Assembly (NCBI GenBank): GCA_963808975.1
Contig: CAWEHR010000005.1
Location: forward strand, 2,007 to 66,006
Reading direction: 5' to 3'
Origin: an uncultured Gammaproteobacteria bacterium
Lineage (GTDB): Bacteria; Pseudomonadota; Gammaproteobacteria; Pseudomonadales; JAHEGP01
Length of the DNA: 64,000 nt
The position numbers and the translations under genes are program-made. Shown here piece after piece: positions 61,800 through 64,000 of the stretch; the stretch's first letter is position 1; each line of letters opens with the position of its first letter. The notes beneath the pieces were generated by a model that ran no database searches, was not told where the DNA came from, and worked only from the letters and a program-made list of their open reading frames with translations.

Positions 61800-62821
61800 C
61801 CGGCGCTCTGCCTGCTCTGGACGGGCAGAACTTCAGCAAGCAGCCGGGCATGGCTGCTTGCCGGCAGCCGCGGCCCATACTGGCAGACCAGTTCAGCGGC
61901 ACTGCGGCAGGCCAGTCGACCCGCAGCGGCGAAATCGTGGCCATGGGTAATGGCATATAAAAACGCTCCGGCGAACATATCGCCGGCGCCGTTAGTGTCG
62001 ATCGCCTTGACCGGGTAAGGCGCTATCGGTAACAGTTGTTGGCCATCAAAGACCAGCGCACCATCGCCTCCCAGGGTGATCGCAAAAGTGTTTGCATCCC
62101 GCTTGAGGTGCTCTGCAGCCTCTTGCACGGTTTCGGCCCCGGTCCATTGCAGGGCTTCGTCGCGATTGCAGAACAGCATGTCGACTCGGTCGCCAATCAT
62201 CTCCCTCAGCCCCTGTTCAAAAAATTCGACCATGCCGGGGTCGGAAAGGCTGATAGCGGTTTTCACTCCATTTTTCTGCGCCAGATTGCGCGCCCTGATG
62301 GCGGCTTCGCGGGCCGAATCGGAAGTGACCAGATAGCCTTCAATGTACAGGTATTCAGAATCCAGCAGGGCGGTCTCGTCGAGCTCGCGTTGGGACAGGC
62401 TCCCGCTAACGCCGAGAAACGTGTTCATTGTGCGTTCGGCATCGGGCGTAATCATCACCAGGCACTTGCCGGTGATGCCGCTGTCCTTGCTGCCGTGGGG
62501 GTTGGAGGCGACACCTGCAGCGGCAAGGTCGTGCAGGTAAAAGTGACCGTTATCGTCATCGGCCACCTTGCAGGAGTAATAAGCCCTGGCACCGAAATAG
62601 CTTGCGGCGATGACGCTGTTGGCAGCCGATCCGCCACTGGCGCGTTTACTGCCTACCAGGTGGCCCTCCAACATCTCCAGCAGCTGGTGCTGTCGATCCT
62701 CATCCACCAGGGTCATATGGCCCTTATCGATGCCAGCTTGTTGCAGGAACTGGTCGCTAACCTCGATTTCGGTATCGACCAGGGCAGCGCCCAGGCCATA
62801 AATATGGTACTGCTTGCTCAT
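61796..62821 (-). CDS. PfkB-family kinase (adenosine-kinase-like)
   Basis: MSKQYHIYGLGAALVDTE...GGSAANS...DTNGAGDMFAGAFL. Start set at the ATG at 62821. It converges on and overlaps polB by 4 nt. Confidence 0.75.
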   Translation of the reverse strand: MSKQYHIYGLGAALVDTEIEVSDQFLQQAGIDKGHMTLVDEDRQHQLLEMLEGHLVGSKRASGGSAANSVIAASYFGARAYYSCKVADDDNGHFYLHDLAAAGVASNPHGSKDSGITGKCLVMITPDAERTMNTFLGVSGSLSQRELDETALLDSEYLYIEGYLVTSDSAREAAIRARNLAQKNGVKTAISLSDPGMVEFFEQGLREMIGDRVDMLFCNRDEALQWTGAETVQEAAEHLKRDANTFAITLGGDGALVFDGQQLLPIAPYPVKAIDTNGAGDMFAGAFLYAITHGHDFAAAGRLACRSAAELVCQYGPRLPASSHARLLAEVLPVQSRQSAG

Positions 62822-62944
62822 AGTGTCGTGCTTCTTTGTTAGGGGTGACGCCATTATCCTGATTGCAGCGCCGATTAAAAGCACCACTGAGGAAAATGGC
62901 AAAAGTTGGTTATACTGCGCGGTTTAATTCGGGTGCGGCAACTG

Positions 62945-64000
62945 CATGGCTGTCAGGAAATCGAAACGGGCGCCCCGTCGCCCGTCGGCTAAAAAACGCG
63001 GGATCAGGTGGCGGAGCCTGCTGCTGAAATTGGCGGTGGTATCGGGCCTGTTGCTGCTTTGTGGTGTGGTGTATCTCGATGCCCGGGTGCGCTACACCTT
63101 TGCTGAGCGCAAGTGGGCGGTGCCGGCCCGGGTTTATGCGCGGCCCCTGGAACTCTACCAGGGCAAGCCGCTGAGCGCGGGGGAGTTAAGCGCTGAGCTT
63201 GAGCAGTTGGGCTATCGCTCGGTGCCCAGGGCCAGCAAGGCCGGAGAGTATTCGGTCAGTGGCGGCAATTACCGTATCTACACCCGTGGCTTTCACTTTT
63301 GGGATGGGGAAGAGCAGGCCGATGCGGCGCGTTTGCGGTTCAGCGGTGAGCAACTCGCGGCTTTTGAGTCACGCTCGGGCAGCGCCCTGTTGCGGCTGGA
63401 ACCCCTGCAAATCGGCAGTATCTATCCGGCGCACAATGAGGATCGTATCCTGGTGCAGCGGGACGATGTTCCCCAGGCGCTGGTTGATATGCTGGTGGCG
63501 ATGGAAGATCGAAATTATTACCACCACTTCGGTGTGGCTCCGCTCGCCATTCTGCGAGCGGCCTGGGTAAACCTGCGCGCCGGTGAATACCAGCAAGGCG
63601 GCAGTACCCTGACCCAGCAATTGGTGAAAAACTTCTACCTGACGCCGGAGCGAAGTCTTGGCCGCAAGCTGGTGGAAGCGGTGATGGCGATATCCCTCGA
63701 TTTTCATTACAGCAAGGACGAGATACTCGAGGGCTACATCAACGAGATATTTCTAGGCCAGGACGGCCCCCGCGCGATTCACGGCTTTGGTCTCGCCAGC
63801 CAATACTACTTCAATCAACCGTTGAAAGACCTGCAGTTGCCCCAGTTGGCAACCCTGGTAGCCCTGGTGCGTGGTCCCAGTTATTACGATCCCTGGCGGC
63901 ATCCGCAACGGGCGATCGATCGTCGCAACCTGGTGCTGGCGACGCTGGAGGCACAGGGCTTTGTCGACCCGGAGGAGGCGCGCCTGGCGCAGTTGGAACC
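62945..64000 (+). CDS. mrcB: Penicillin-binding protein 1B, 3'-partial (runs off the right edge)
   Basis: Not in the ORF track because it is open at the edge. Manual translation from the ATG at 62945 gives a basic N-terminus, a TM helix and a UB2H-like region. Glycosyltransferase motifs MEDRNYYHHFGV, GGSTLTQQLVKN and RKLVEAVMA follow. Confidence 0.88.

Overview
GC-rich gammaproteobacterial chromosome segment. From memory, its gene order is almost collinear with Pseudomonas aeruginosa PA0576-PA0655 followed by PA4855-PA4845. The core genes run as follows: pta(partial)-ackA, cysK, rpoD-dnaG-yqeY-rpsU, tsaD, folB-folK, a pteridine-reductase-like SDR, cca, apaH-apaG-rsmA-[CDGSH/GltS-FMN fusion]-pdxA-surA-lptD, amgK-murU, rpe-gph-trpE, then an island, then trpG-trpD-trpC, crp/vfr, osmC, coq7, purD, purH, fis-dusB, a DUF3426 zinc-ribbon protein, prmA, accC-accB-aroQ, dsbD, PCu(A)C, DUF2333, polB, an adenosine-kinase-like PfkB and mrcB(partial). 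I recognised no rRNA, tRNA or CRISPR. The accessory part is about 14.9 kb (27193-42059), inserted exactly at the 5' end of trpG. It is bounded by a 17-nt direct repeat identical to the first 17 nt of trpG, and a decayed P4-type integrase sits next to the left repeat. Inside is a mosaic of mobile-element wreckage: an integrase with an amber stop and a 3' truncation, a PLD-family lipoprotein pseudogene, a group II intron RT fragment, two pieces of an IS91-like transposase, a Y1/RAYT-like transposase with an in-frame TGA, and a staphylococcal-nuclease remnant. It also holds a transposase-less cassette (30826-34767) bounded by Tn3-family 38-bp inverted repeats. That cassette carries an intact class-III aminotransferase plus radical-SAM (SPASM/Twitch-like) gene pair. 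The right half of the island carries membrane-transport genes: an SLC13/TrkA-C permease translationally coupled to an orphan secF, and a CaCA antiporter. The aminotransferase/radical-SAM cassette is my best candidate for an undescribed functional module, but its function is inferred only. All homology calls come from reading the translated ORFs by eye, because no database search could be run.
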